A stretch of 64,000 bases of DNA from Planctomycetota bacterium (GTDB taxonomy: Bacteria; Planctomycetota; MHYJ01; WSZJ01). Where the stretch lies: positions 144,082-208,081 of the forward strand of contig JBBTCT010000009.1 of NCBI GenBank assembly GCA_038060895.1, written 5' to 3'. Position 1 is the first letter of the stretch. The number at the start of each line of letters is the position of its first letter. The translations under genes were made by a program, and so were the position numbers. Of the stretch, positions 17,138-26,253 are shown piece after piece. The notes beneath the pieces are model-generated. The model had not been told where the DNA came from. It searched no databases and saw only the letters and a list, made by a program, of their open reading frames with translations.

Positions 17138-20100
17138 GCGAAGTAGCCGCGGCCGTCATTGCCCCCGTCGTTCCGGCTCCTCCGGAGCCCGCGGCCCCTC
17201 CGCCCCCGCCTCCGGCCTCCTGGCGTCGCGGCCTGGCCGGCGTGGTGGCCAGCCAGGCGATCGGCGCGTTCACCGACAACGCCTTCAAGGTTGCATGCGT
17301 CTTCCTCGTCGCGCGCGCGGTTTCCTCGAATTCCATCGCCATGCGCGCGGAAACGTTTAACGCCTTCATCGGAGTCGCTTTCCTCCTGCCGTTCGTCCTC
17401 TTCTCGGCCATCGCCGGGCCGGTGTCGGACAGGCTGGGAAAGCGGGGAATCCTGGTAGGCATGAAGATGGTGGACGCCATGCTGTTCCTGGGCTCGGTTT
17501 GGGCTTTCGGGGTGGGCACTCCGGCCGCCTACCTCACCGTCATGTTCCTCGTCGGGACCAGTCACGCCTTCAGCGGGCCGGCGAAGTACGGCATCCTGCC
17601 CCAGCTCGTTCCCGCCGAAAAACTCTCGTCCGCCAACGGGACGATCGAGCTGGCCACGTTCTCGGCGATCATCGCGGGGACGGTCGCCGGTGCGGCAGGC
17701 GTCGAGGTCTTCGGCGATCGGCCCGCGCTGCTCGGCTGGATCCTCGCCGCGGTTTCGCTCCTCGGCGCAGCGCTCGGCGCGCTCGTTCCAGACCTCCCCG
17801 CCATTTCGAAAAGCCGCTCCGCCAACGTCTTCTCAGAAATGTTCGGCCACTTCCGCACGATCGCACGCTCGCGGACCCTGCGCCTGACCGTCGCCGGCAT
17901 CGCCTTCTTCTGGTTCTTCGCCGCTCTCTTCCAGATGAACGCGACCCTCTATGGCGAAAAGACCATGGATCTCGGCGCGCTCAAGTCCGGTCTCCTTCTG
18001 GCGTCCGTCGCCGTCGGCATCGGCCTCGGGGCCTTCTTCGCAGGCCTCGTCTCCGGCGGAAAAGTCGAGCTCGGCCTCGTCCCGCTCGGCTCAGTCGGGA
18101 TGGGCGTCCTCGCGCTCACCCTCACCTGGGCGCACGCCAACGTCTACTTCGCCGGCGCCGCGTTCTTCGTCCTCGGCATCTCGGGCGGCTTCTTCATGGT
18201 GCCCCTCAACGCGTTGCTTCAGCAGGAAGCGCCCGACACCGGCAAGGGCGGCATGATCGCCGCCAACAACATGATCGTATTCACCGCGATGCTCGCCTCC
18301 ACGCTCGGCTACTTCCTCCTTTCGCATCATTTCTCCCCGCCGATCGTCTTCCTCGTCGCCGGGATCGCCACCCTGCTCGCGACCTGCTACATCATGTGGC
18401 TGCTGCCGGAAGCGTTCGCGCGGCTGATGCTCTGGTTCATGACCCGGACCATCTACCGGCTCACCGTCATCGGCCGCGAGAACGTCCCCGACCGCGGGCC
18501 CGCGCTCCTCGTCTGCAATCACGTGTCCTACGTCGACGGATTCCTCGTCCTGGCGTCGATCCGTCGGTTCATCCGCTTCATGGTCTTCAAGGCGTTCGCC
18601 GACGCGCCGGGACTCAACCTCCTTGCGCGCGCCATGCGCATCATTCCCGTCGACGAGCACAGCGGCCCCAAGGCCCTGCTGCGGTCGCTGCAGGTCGCCT
18701 CCGAAGCGCTTCAGAACGGCGAGCTCGTCTGCATCTTCGCGGAGGGCGAAATTTCCCGGACGGGCCAGATGAACCCGTTCCGCGGCGGGATGGAGCGCAT
18801 CCTCAAGCATGCGCCCGGCGTGCCGGTCATCCCGGTCAACCTCGACGGCGTGTGGGGCTCGATCTTCTCGCGCGCCGGCGGCAGGTTTCTCCTCAAGATG
18901 CCGAAGCACTTCCCCTATCCAGTCACCGTGTCGTTCGGGAAGCCGCTTCCCCACGACGCTTCGCCCGCCGTCGTGCGCCAGGCGATTCATGAACTGGGAG
19001 TGGAAGCGGCTTTCCTGCGGAAGAAGAACTGCAAGTCGCTGGGCGAACAGTTTGTGGCAACGTCGAGGGCGCAGCGCAGGAGATTTGCGGCGGCGGACCT
19101 GTCCGGGGCGAAGCTGACGCACGGGAAGCTGCTGGTGAAGGCGGCGTACCTGGCACGGGCGCTGAAGCCGCATTGGGACGGACAGGAACGGGTCGGGCTG
19201 CTGCTGCCTCCGAGCGTGGGCGGGTACGTGACGAACTGCGCGGCGTTGCTCGCGGGGAAGACGCCGGTGAACCTGAATTACACGGCAGGTGAAGAATCAC
19301 TGAAGTCCTGCGTCGAGCAGTGCGGGCTGCGCAACGTGCTGACGTCGAGAGCGTTCCTGGAGAAGTTCCCGATCCGCGAGATCGCGCCATTCGTGTACCT
19401 GGAAGACATCGGGGCGCAGGCGACCGCAGGCCGGAAAGTCGCGGCGCTTCTCGCCGCGACGCTCCTCCCCGTGAAGGCGCTGATGCGCTGGGCGGGCGCG
19501 ACGAGAATCCCCGACCCGGACGACGTCGCCGCGATCATTTTCTCCAGCGGATCGACGGGCGAAGCGAAAGGCGTCCAGCTCACCCATTTCAACCTCACTT
19601 CCAATCACGATTCGCTTCTCCAGATATACGCGATCGGCCCCGAGGAAGTCCTCATGGGGATCCTCCCGTTCTTCCACTCCTTCGGCTTCATGGCCACCAT
19701 GACGCTTCCCGCCTGCCGCGGCGTGGGCGTCGCGCTTCATCCCAATCCGCTGGATCCCGCGGCGATCGGGCGCCTCTGCCGGCAGTTCGGAGGCTCGTTC
19801 CTTCTTGCGACGCCGACGTTCCTGCAGAACTACACGCGCCGGTGCGATCCGGGCGATTTCGGCTCGGTGAAATACGTCATCACCGGCGCCGAGAAGCTTT
19901 CCGAGCGCGTTCGCACGGGATTCAAGGAGAAATTCGGCATCGAGCCGCTCGAAGGCTATGGCTGCACCGAGTGCGCGCCGCTGGTCTCGGTCAACGGGCC
20001 CGATTTCCGCGGCCGCGGGTTCCACCAGCTCGGCCACCGCCACGGCACCATCGGCCAGGCGTCCCCCGGCATTGCCGTCCGCATCCTCGACCCCGAGACG

Positions 20101-20610
20101 AGCGAGCCTCTTCCGCTCGGGCGGGAAGGCATGCTCATGGTCCGCGGGCCGAACGTGATGAAGGGCTACCTCGGAAAGCCCGAAGAGACGGCCAAGGTGC
20201 TCAGGGATGGCTGGTACCGCACCGGGGACATCGCGAAGATCGACGAGGACGGGTTCATCACGATTACCGACCGGCTCAACCGCTTCTCGAAGATCGCCGG
20301 CGAAATGGTGCCCCACATCAAGATCGAGGAAGCGCTGCACCTGGCGATCGGCGCGCGCGAACAGGTGCTGATCGTGACTGCCGTGCCGGACGAAAAGAAG
20401 GGCGAACGGCTCGTGGTGCTGTACACGATCTCCGAATCGAAGGTAATGATCGAGAAGCTCGGGAGCCTCGGCCTCCCGAACCTCTGGGTGCCCCGGGAGG
20501 ACCACTTCTTCAAGATCGAGGCGCTCCCGCTGCTGGGAAGCGGCAAGGCTGACCTTCGCAAAGCGCGGGACCTGGCGAAGTGGAATCTGGCGAAATCGGG
20601 GTTGATGTAG
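17134..20610 (+). CDS. aas: LplT-like MFS / 2-acyl-GPE acyltransferase / acyl-ACP synthetase fusion (Aas)
   Basis: MFS (GAFTDNAFK, GPAKYGILP); acyltransferase NHVSYVD and FAEG; AMP-binding IFSSGSTGEAKGV, EGYGCTE, YRTGD, KIAGEMV. Confidence 0.93.
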   Translation: MSEVAAAVIAPVVPAPPEPAAPPPPPPASWRRGLAGVVASQAIGAFTDNAFKVACVFLVARAVSSNSIAMRAETFNAFIGVAFLLPFVLFSAIAGPVSDRLGKRGILVGMKMVDAMLFLGSVWAFGVGTPAAYLTVMFLVGTSHAFSGPAKYGILPQLVPAEKLSSANGTIELATFSAIIAGTVAGAAGVEVFGDRPALLGWILAAVSLLGAALGALVPDLPAISKSRSANVFSEMFGHFRTIARSRTLRLTVAGIAFFWFFAALFQMNATLYGEKTMDLGALKSGLLLASVAVGIGLGAFFAGLVSGGKVELGLVPLGSVGMGVLALTLTWAHANVYFAGAAFFVLGISGGFFMVPLNALLQQEAPDTGKGGMIAANNMIVFTAMLASTLGYFLLSHHFSPPIVFLVAGIATLLATCYIMWLLPEAFARLMLWFMTRTIYRLTVIGRENVPDRGPALLVCNHVSYVDGFLVLASIRRFIRFMVFKAFADAPGLNLLARAMRIIPVDEHSGPKALLRSLQVASEALQNGELVCIFAEGEISRTGQMNPFRGGMERILKHAPGVPVIPVNLDGVWGSIFSRAGGRFLLKMPKHFPYPVTVSFGKPLPHDASPAVVRQAIHELGVEAAFLRKKNCKSLGEQFVATSRAQRRRFAAADLSGAKLTHGKLLVKAAYLARALKPHWDGQERVGLLLPPSVGGYVTNCAALLAGKTPVNLNYTAGEESLKSCVEQCGLRNVLTSRAFLEKFPIREIAPFVYLEDIGAQATAGRKVAALLAATLLPVKALMRWAGATRIPDPDDVAAIIFSSGSTGEAKGVQLTHFNLTSNHDSLLQIYAIGPEEVLMGILPFFHSFGFMATMTLPACRGVGVALHPNPLDPAAIGRLCRQFGGSFLLATPTFLQNYTRRCDPGDFGSVKYVITGAEKLSERVRTGFKEKFGIEPLEGYGCTECAPLVSVNGPDFRGRGFHQLGHRHGTIGQASPGIAVRILDPETSEPLPLGREGMLMVRGPNVMKGYLGKPEETAKVLRDGWYRTGDIAKIDEDGFITITDRLNRFSKIAGEMVPHIKIEEALHLAIGAREQVLIVTAVPDEKKGERLVVLYTISESKVMIEKLGSLGLPNLWVPREDHFFKIEALPLLGSGKADLRKARDLAKWNLAKSGLM

Positions 20611-20634
20611 CCGGCCCTCCGGGCCGGAAAGCGC

Positions 20635-20768
20635 AACTTCAAAACCGCGAACTCTCAAGCAAACCACAACTTCAAACGGAGAATTTCAGGCCTGATCGCG
20701 GGCGAAGACGGGCCCTGAATTGCATTTTGAAGTTCTCTGTTTGCTTGAGAGTTCGCGGTTTTGAAGTT
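20635..20768. repeat. 134-bp intergenic inverted-repeat element with perfect 30-bp outer arms
   Basis: AACTTCAAAACCGCGAACTCTCAAGCAAAC (20635-20664) is the exact reverse complement of 20739-20768; further imperfect pairing inside. Confidence 0.9.
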
Positions 20769-20796
20769 TCATTTTTCCGTAAAAATGCATGTCCCA

Positions 20797-20826
20797 TTGA
20801 CAGCCCCGCTTCCCAAAACCTAGACT
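20797..20826 (+). promoter_or_regulatory. sigma70-type promoter for rpmH
   Basis: TTGACA (20797-20802), 18 bp, TAGACT (20821-20826); SD GGAG before ATG 20851. Confidence 0.65.
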
Positions 20827-20850
20827 CCCCGCCCCTTACGGAGATCCCCG

Positions 20851-21147
20851 ATGAGCTTTACGTTCAAGCCCCACACCCGCAAGCGCAAGAACAAGAGCGG
20901 ATTCCGCGCCCGGATGGCAACGCGGAGCGGCCGCAAGATCCTCGCCGCGCGCCGGAAGAAAGGCGCCTGGAAGCTGACCGTGTCCGACGAGCGGAACTGC
21001 CGCCGGCACCGCGAGCCCCTTCCGCGCAGCAGTTCGAACGCCGGCAAGACCCGCACGACGTACAACCGGCACTGGGCGAAGATCAAGCGGAAGAAGGATC
21101 GCGAGCGGCTGGAGAAGCGGCAGCACGCGCAGGGCAAGACGAAGTAA
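20851..21147 (+). CDS. rpmH: 50S ribosomal protein L34 with a basic C-terminal extension of about 50 aa
   Basis: [45 protein letters not shown] is the L34 signature; the ORF continues to 98 aa. Confidence 0.9.
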   Translation: MSFTFKPHTRKRKNKSGFRARMATRSGRKILAARRKKGAWKLTVSDERNCRRHREPLPRSSSNAGKTRTTYNRHWAKIKRKKDRERLEKRQHAQGKTK

Positions 21148-21162
21148 AACGAACTGACATTT

Positions 21163-21214
21163 CCTTCGACTTCCCGCCGGGGTCCACCCTGAGCGAGCGG
21201 AGCGAGTCGAAGGG
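21163..21214 (-). repeat. second copy of the 28-bp REP-like repeat, forming a hairpin with an upstream CCTTCGACT
   Basis: CCCTGAGCGAGCGGAGCGAGTCGAAGGG at 21187-21214; CCTTCGACT at 21163-21171 can pair with its AGTCGAAGG. Confidence 0.7.
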
Positions 21215-21273
21215 CCATCGAGAAGGCGGTCCCGAGGCATTGCCGACGGGCCGTCCCGAGTCGAGGAGGAACG

Positions 21274-23220
21274 ATGAAAGACGCTTCACTTCCGGCCTTC
21301 GCGGGCGCCGACTGGACGATCAACCCGCAGCGCGGCCTATGGCGCGACTCGCGCCTCTTCATTCCAACCACGCCGGAAGAAGTCCGCGACCGCGGGTGGG
21401 ACGCCGTGGACGTGGTGCTGGTGAGCGGCGACGCTTATGTGGACCATCCTGCGTTCGGGACGGCGATCGTGGCGCGATTGCTGGAGAAGGCGGGATTTCG
21501 CGTGGCGATCCTGACGCAGCCGGACTGGAAGAGCGTGGAGAGTTTCAGGATCTTTGGCAAGCCGCGGCTGTACTTCGGAGTCACGGCGGGCGTGCTGGAT
21601 TCGATGGTGAACCATTACACGGGCAACCGGAAGATCCGTCGCAACGACGATTACGGACCGGGGGGCAAGGCGGGGTTCCGGCCAAATCGCGCGGTCACGG
21701 TCTATGCGAACAGAATCCGCGAGGCGTACAAGGACGCGCCGATCGTGCTGGGCGGGTGCGAGGCGTCGCTCCGGCGTTTTGCCCACTACGACTGGTGGGA
21801 CGACAAGGTGCGGCGCTCGATCCTCCTCGATACGCGCGCGGACATTCTCTGCTACGGCATGGCGGACGGCACGATCGTCGAGGTGACGAAGCGCCTCGCG
21901 GAGGGCAGAAGCTGCGAGGACCTGCAGGGCGTGGCGTTTGTGACGAAAGACCTTTCGAGTATCGCGAACCCTGCGGTTCTGCATTCGTACGAGGAAGTCG
22001 CCGCGGACAAGTGGAAATACGCGCGCAGCTTCAAGGAGTACTTCGGCGAGCAGTCGCCGTGGCGCGCGCGGCCCGTCGCGCAGAAGCATGCCGAATGGTA
22101 CGTCGTACAGAACCAGCCGGCGATCCCGCTCGACGAGAAGCAGATGGACGAAGTCCACGGGCTTCCCTACACGCGGCGCTGGCACCCCAAGTACGACGCG
22201 GCCGGCGGCGTGCCGGCGCTCGAAACCGTTCGATGGTCGATCACCTCGCATCGCGGCTGTTACGGCGCGTGCTCTTTCTGTGCCATCTACTTTCACCAGG
22301 GCGGGTGGATTTCGTCGAGGAGCGAAAAGAGCGTGGTCGATGAAGCGACGGCGCTGGCGGGCGACCCGAATTTCAAGGGAAGCATCAGCGACGTCGGCGG
22401 CCCGACGGCGAACATGTACAAGACCGGCTGCGACATCGAGATCAAGAAAACGTGCCGCTTCGAACACTGCCTCGCGCCGAGCGTCTGCAAGCACCTCAAG
22501 GTCGATCACAAGCCGTACATGAAGCTGCTCGAGGCTGTGCGCGCGGTCAAAAACGTCAAGCACGTCCGTGTCGCCACGGGCGTGCGCTACGACATGGCCA
22601 CGATGCCCGGAAGCGAGGGCTTCATTGAGCTCCTCTGCAAACACTACGTGGGCGGCCAGCTCAAGGTCGCGCCGGAACACGCTTCGGAAAAGTCGCTGAA
22701 GGCGATGAACAAGCCGCCGATTCACAAGTACGACGAGTTTCTCAAGCGCTACCGCGAGGAAAACGCGAAGCTCGGCCGCAAGCAGTACCAGGTCCAGTAC
22801 TTCATCGCGGGCCACCCCGGCACCGACATCCACGAAGCGATCAAGCTCGCCGAGTACATCCGCGACCAGGGCTTCTTCAACGAGCAGATCCAGGATTTCA
22901 CGCCGACGCCGATGACCGCTTCGACCTGCATGTACCACACGGGCATCGACCCGACGAACATGAAGCCGGTCTACGTCCCGAAGACCGCCCGCGAGCGGCG
23001 ATGGCACCGGGCCCTCTGCCAGTTCAGCGACCCGAAGAACTGGCACGACGTCCGCGACGCGCTCATGGCGGCCGGGCGAAGCGACCTGATCGGGCACCAC
23101 GATCGCGCGCTCATTGGCCCAAGCCCCGGACAGGTGAATCGCAGGTTTCAGCGCCGTCGGGAGGAACAGCGGACATACGTTCCGCAGATCATGGCCGAGA
23201 AGGACGACGTTTTCGAATAG
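21274..23220 (+). CDS. ygiQ: YgiQ family radical SAM protein (UPF0313)
   Basis: VSGDAYVDHPAFG, DSMVNHYT, GGCEASLRR, RGCYGACSFC, SDVGGPTANMY, LKVAPEH, QDFTPTP. Confidence 0.93.
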   Translation: MKDASLPAFAGADWTINPQRGLWRDSRLFIPTTPEEVRDRGWDAVDVVLVSGDAYVDHPAFGTAIVARLLEKAGFRVAILTQPDWKSVESFRIFGKPRLYFGVTAGVLDSMVNHYTGNRKIRRNDDYGPGGKAGFRPNRAVTVYANRIREAYKDAPIVLGGCEASLRRFAHYDWWDDKVRRSILLDTRADILCYGMADGTIVEVTKRLAEGRSCEDLQGVAFVTKDLSSIANPAVLHSYEEVAADKWKYARSFKEYFGEQSPWRARPVAQKHAEWYVVQNQPAIPLDEKQMDEVHGLPYTRRWHPKYDAAGGVPALETVRWSITSHRGCYGACSFCAIYFHQGGWISSRSEKSVVDEATALAGDPNFKGSISDVGGPTANMYKTGCDIEIKKTCRFEHCLAPSVCKHLKVDHKPYMKLLEAVRAVKNVKHVRVATGVRYDMATMPGSEGFIELLCKHYVGGQLKVAPEHASEKSLKAMNKPPIHKYDEFLKRYREENAKLGRKQYQVQYFIAGHPGTDIHEAIKLAEYIRDQGFFNEQIQDFTPTPMTASTCMYHTGIDPTNMKPVYVPKTARERRWHRALCQFSDPKNWHDVRDALMAAGRSDLIGHHDRALIGPSPGQVNRRFQRRREEQRTYVPQIMAEKDDVFE

Positions 23221-23320
23221 CAGCCGGCCAACGCGCGGCCAACCTCTTCGTAGATCAATCGTCACGAACGGCCGCTTCCTCCGTTAAACTGGGCGCACTT
23301 CTTCCGCGAAAGATCTCTTC

Positions 23321-23932
23321 ATGAGCCTCCGCCCCCCGCCGCGTCCGCGTCCCGCCCCTCCGGAAACGGGCGTCGATGCCCTGGCGGCGTTCGACCTCGC
23401 AGTCAAGGCTGCGGAGACGATCCTCGCCGAGGCCTTGCCGAGACTCGACCGGCTGGCGCGCGATGCCGAGCAGACGCGCCAGGACCTGGAAGCGCTGCTG
23501 ACGACGCTTCGGGAAACGGCGGAAGATCTTCGAAATCCCGACGGCGTGCGCAGTCCGACGCCTGAAGTCATGGATATCGAGGAAGCGGAGCCGCTCGTGA
23601 CGCCCCCGCCGAGGAAGAGCGCGCCGCCCGGAGTGCGGAAAGTGGTGCCGCCGCCGGTGCCGCCTGAGGCTCTGGGGGAGACGACGGACATGGGGCCGCG
23701 CAAGACTTCGCCGCTCGAAGAGACGTCGGAAATGCCGCAGGTGCCGCCGCGGGAAGAGTGGCCGGCGGCGAAGCCGCCCGCAAAGGAAGAAGAAGCGATC
23801 CGCTTCCATTGCGAGAAGTGCGGTACGAAGCTCTCGGCGCCCGCGAAATATGTCGGCAAGGCGGCGTCCTGCAAGTGCGGCCACCGGTCGACGATCCCGC
23901 CGAAATCGACGCGCGAGCGCGGAGGGAAGTAG
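23321..23932 (+). CDS. Pro-rich hypothetical protein with C-terminal zinc ribbon
   Basis: IRFHCEKCGTKLSAP..YVGKAASCKCGH zinc-ribbon pattern. Confidence 0.65.
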   Translation: MSLRPPPRPRPAPPETGVDALAAFDLAVKAAETILAEALPRLDRLARDAEQTRQDLEALLTTLRETAEDLRNPDGVRSPTPEVMDIEEAEPLVTPPPRKSAPPGVRKVVPPPVPPEALGETTDMGPRKTSPLEETSEMPQVPPREEWPAAKPPAKEEEAIRFHCEKCGTKLSAPAKYVGKAASCKCGHRSTIPPKSTRERGGK

Positions 23933-23988
23933 GACGCGTCGGGGTGGTGCGAGCTCCGCGAATTCTCCCGAGAGGTAGAATCGCCGGC

Positions 23989-25164
23989 ATGGCAGAGGTT
24001 CCGCCCGGCCCGCTGTACTCCCACGAGGACCCGTTGTCGGCCCTCAACACCGCGATGGCGCTGAGCGGAAAGATCGAGGCGATCCACGCGGACATTATCC
24101 GGCAGGTCGACGCGGTGGATCGCATCGCCATTGCGACGTACGACGGCGCGACGGACCTGCTCAAGACGTTCGTCGCCAGCAGCGGTCCGAAAAACACGCT
24201 CGTCTACTATGACGCGAAGCTTTCGGACTCGGCATCCCTTCAGGAGATCATCCGGGTCGGCCGCCCTCGCGTCGTCAACAACCTCGACCTCTTCCGCAAG
24301 GGACAGCACGTCCATACGCAGGTGATCAAAGAACTCGGGTTCCGCTCGAGCTATACGATGCCGATGTACCAGAACGGGACTTTCTGGGGGTTCGTCTTTT
24401 TCAACTCCCTCCAGTCCGACGTCTTCACGCCCGAGCGCCTCGCGCTGCTCGACGTCTACGGCCACCTCATCGCAACACTGGTGACTGGCGAACTCCTGGC
24501 CGTCCGCGTCCTCGCCGCCGCCGTCCGGACCGCTCACGACATGGTTCATTTCAGGGATCCTGAAACGGGCGCCCACATCGACCGCATGTCGCGCTATTCA
24601 CGCCTGATCGCGCGCCATCTGGCCGCTTCCGGAATCCACCGCATCGACGACCGGACGATCGAGCGCATTTTCGAATTCGCGCCGCTTCATGACCTGGGCA
24701 AGATCGGCGTTCCCGACCGCATTCTGCTGAAGCCCGGGGAACTGACCCCCGAAGAGCGCGAGCAGATGAAGCTGCACACGACGCGCGGGGCCGCGATGGT
24801 CGATTCGATTGCGCGCAATTTCGGCCTCGAGCACATCGAGGGGCTCGATCTCCTGCGCCACATCGCGGAATCCCACCACGAGACGCTGGACGGAAGCGGG
24901 TACCCGCGCGGGCTCAAGGGGGAGGAGATTCCGCTGGAGGCGCGGATTGTCGCCGTCGCCGACGTGTTTGACGCGCTGACGAGCGTGCGCCCGTACAAGG
25001 CTGCGTGGTCGAATGCCGAAGCCTTCGGGTTCCTGAGGAAACTCTCGAAAGTGAAACTGGACAGGGACTGCGTCGAAGCCCTGATCCAGAATGAGAACGA
25101 GGTGAAGGAGATCCAGCGGCAGTTCACGGACGCGGCGCCGGAGCGGGAAGGGAAGCGCGGCTGA
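23989..25164 (+). CDS. GAF + HD-GYP phosphodiesterase
   Basis: RDPETGAH, LHDLGKIG, HHETLDGSGYP, VADVFDALTSVRPYK; ATG at 23989. Confidence 0.9.
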   Translation: MAEVPPGPLYSHEDPLSALNTAMALSGKIEAIHADIIRQVDAVDRIAIATYDGATDLLKTFVASSGPKNTLVYYDAKLSDSASLQEIIRVGRPRVVNNLDLFRKGQHVHTQVIKELGFRSSYTMPMYQNGTFWGFVFFNSLQSDVFTPERLALLDVYGHLIATLVTGELLAVRVLAAAVRTAHDMVHFRDPETGAHIDRMSRYSRLIARHLAASGIHRIDDRTIERIFEFAPLHDLGKIGVPDRILLKPGELTPEEREQMKLHTTRGAAMVDSIARNFGLEHIEGLDLLRHIAESHHETLDGSGYPRGLKGEEIPLEARIVAVADVFDALTSVRPYKAAWSNAEAFGFLRKLSKVKLDRDCVEALIQNENEVKEIQRQFTDAAPEREGKRG

Positions 25165-25586
25165 TGGACATCACCGACGACCCGGTACGGATGCGCGACC
25201 TTCTGGCCTCGGCGCGGACGATCGCCGTCGTCGGCGACTCGCCGAACCCGGCGCGCGACGCGCACCGGATCGCGGAGTACCTCATCGGCGCCGGTTACGA
25301 AGTGATCCCGGTCAACCCGCAGTACGCCGAAATTCACGGGCTGCGCTGCTATCCGACGCTTCAGTCCATCGGGCGCCCGGTCGACATCGTGGACATTTTC
25401 CGCCGCCCGGAGAACACGTCGGAGGTCATCGACGACGCGATCGCGGCGAAGGCGAAGTGCGCCTGGTTCCAGCTCGAAACGGTGGACGACGCCGCGGCGA
25501 AGCGCGCGGATGACGCGGGGCTCAGCACGGTGCGGAACGCGTGTACCATGGTCGCGCACCAGGTTCTCAGGATCCCGCGAAAGTAA
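25164..25586 (+). CDS. CoA-binding protein (YccU-like)
   Basis: TIAVVGDS..P.R, GYEVIPVNP, VDIVDIFRRP, WFQL; TGATG coupling to the upstream gene. Confidence 0.9.
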   Translation: MDITDDPVRMRDLLASARTIAVVGDSPNPARDAHRIAEYLIGAGYEVIPVNPQYAEIHGLRCYPTLQSIGRPVDIVDIFRRPENTSEVIDDAIAAKAKCAWFQLETVDDAAAKRADDAGLSTVRNACTMVAHQVLRIPRK

Positions 25587-25596
25587 GGAGTCCTCC

Positions 25597-26223
25597 ATGA
25601 AGTGGGCGCTTCCCCTCGTAATTGTCGCGGCGGTTCTTTCCGCAGTTGCCGCGGAGCCTCTGCCGAGGCGCGACGAAGGGGACGAAAAGGAGAAGTACGA
25701 CGGTCCCCTCGTCGGCGATAAGGCGCCTGCCTTTACCCTGAAACTCCTCGGGTCCGAAGAAACCCTGCGCCTCCGGGACCTTCGCGGCAAGCCAACGGTC
25801 CTCATTTTCGGGTCTTACACCTGATCACCCTTCCGCAACTCGGCCGTGGAGCTCGAGCAGATTTACCAGCGCTGGAAGAACGAGGTGAATTTCGTCGTCG
25901 TGTACCTCCGAGAGGCCCACCCGTGGCCCCGCAAAACGAAGAAGAAGGGGAAGACCATACTTCCGGAGCCGCGCACCATCGAGGAGCGCGAGAAGCACGG
26001 AGACTTCTGCACCACGGACCTGGGTCTCACCATTCCGATGGTCCTCGACGGCATGGACAACAAGGTCGGAGCGAAGTACTCAGGCTGGCCAGACCGGATC
26101 TTTGTCCTCGACGCGAAAGGGGTAATCGTCTGGAAGGCCGGCCGAGGGCCGTTCGGGTTCGTGCCGTGGAAGGCCGCGCGCGCATTCCGGAAACTGCTTG
26201 GGAAGTGGCCCGAGATGATTTAG
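25597..26223 (+). CDS. secreted iodothyronine-deiodinase-like (thioredoxin-fold) probable selenoprotein; UGA at 25822-25824
   Basis: SD AAGGAG; signal peptide; VGDKAPAFTL...KPTVLIFGSYT-TGA-SPFR...VYLREAHP...LDGMDN..Y..WPDRIFVL...GRGPFG in one frame; the TGA sits at the deiodinase Sec/Cys site. Confidence 0.85.
25839..25857 (+). promoter_or_regulatory. candidate bacterial SECIS hairpin
   Basis: CUCG-GC-(CGUGGA)-GC-U-CGAG; loop starts 20 nt after the UGA, with GU at loop positions 2-3. Confidence 0.5.
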
Positions 26224-26253
26224 GTGTTGGAGTTGACTCAATCCGGAGGACGA

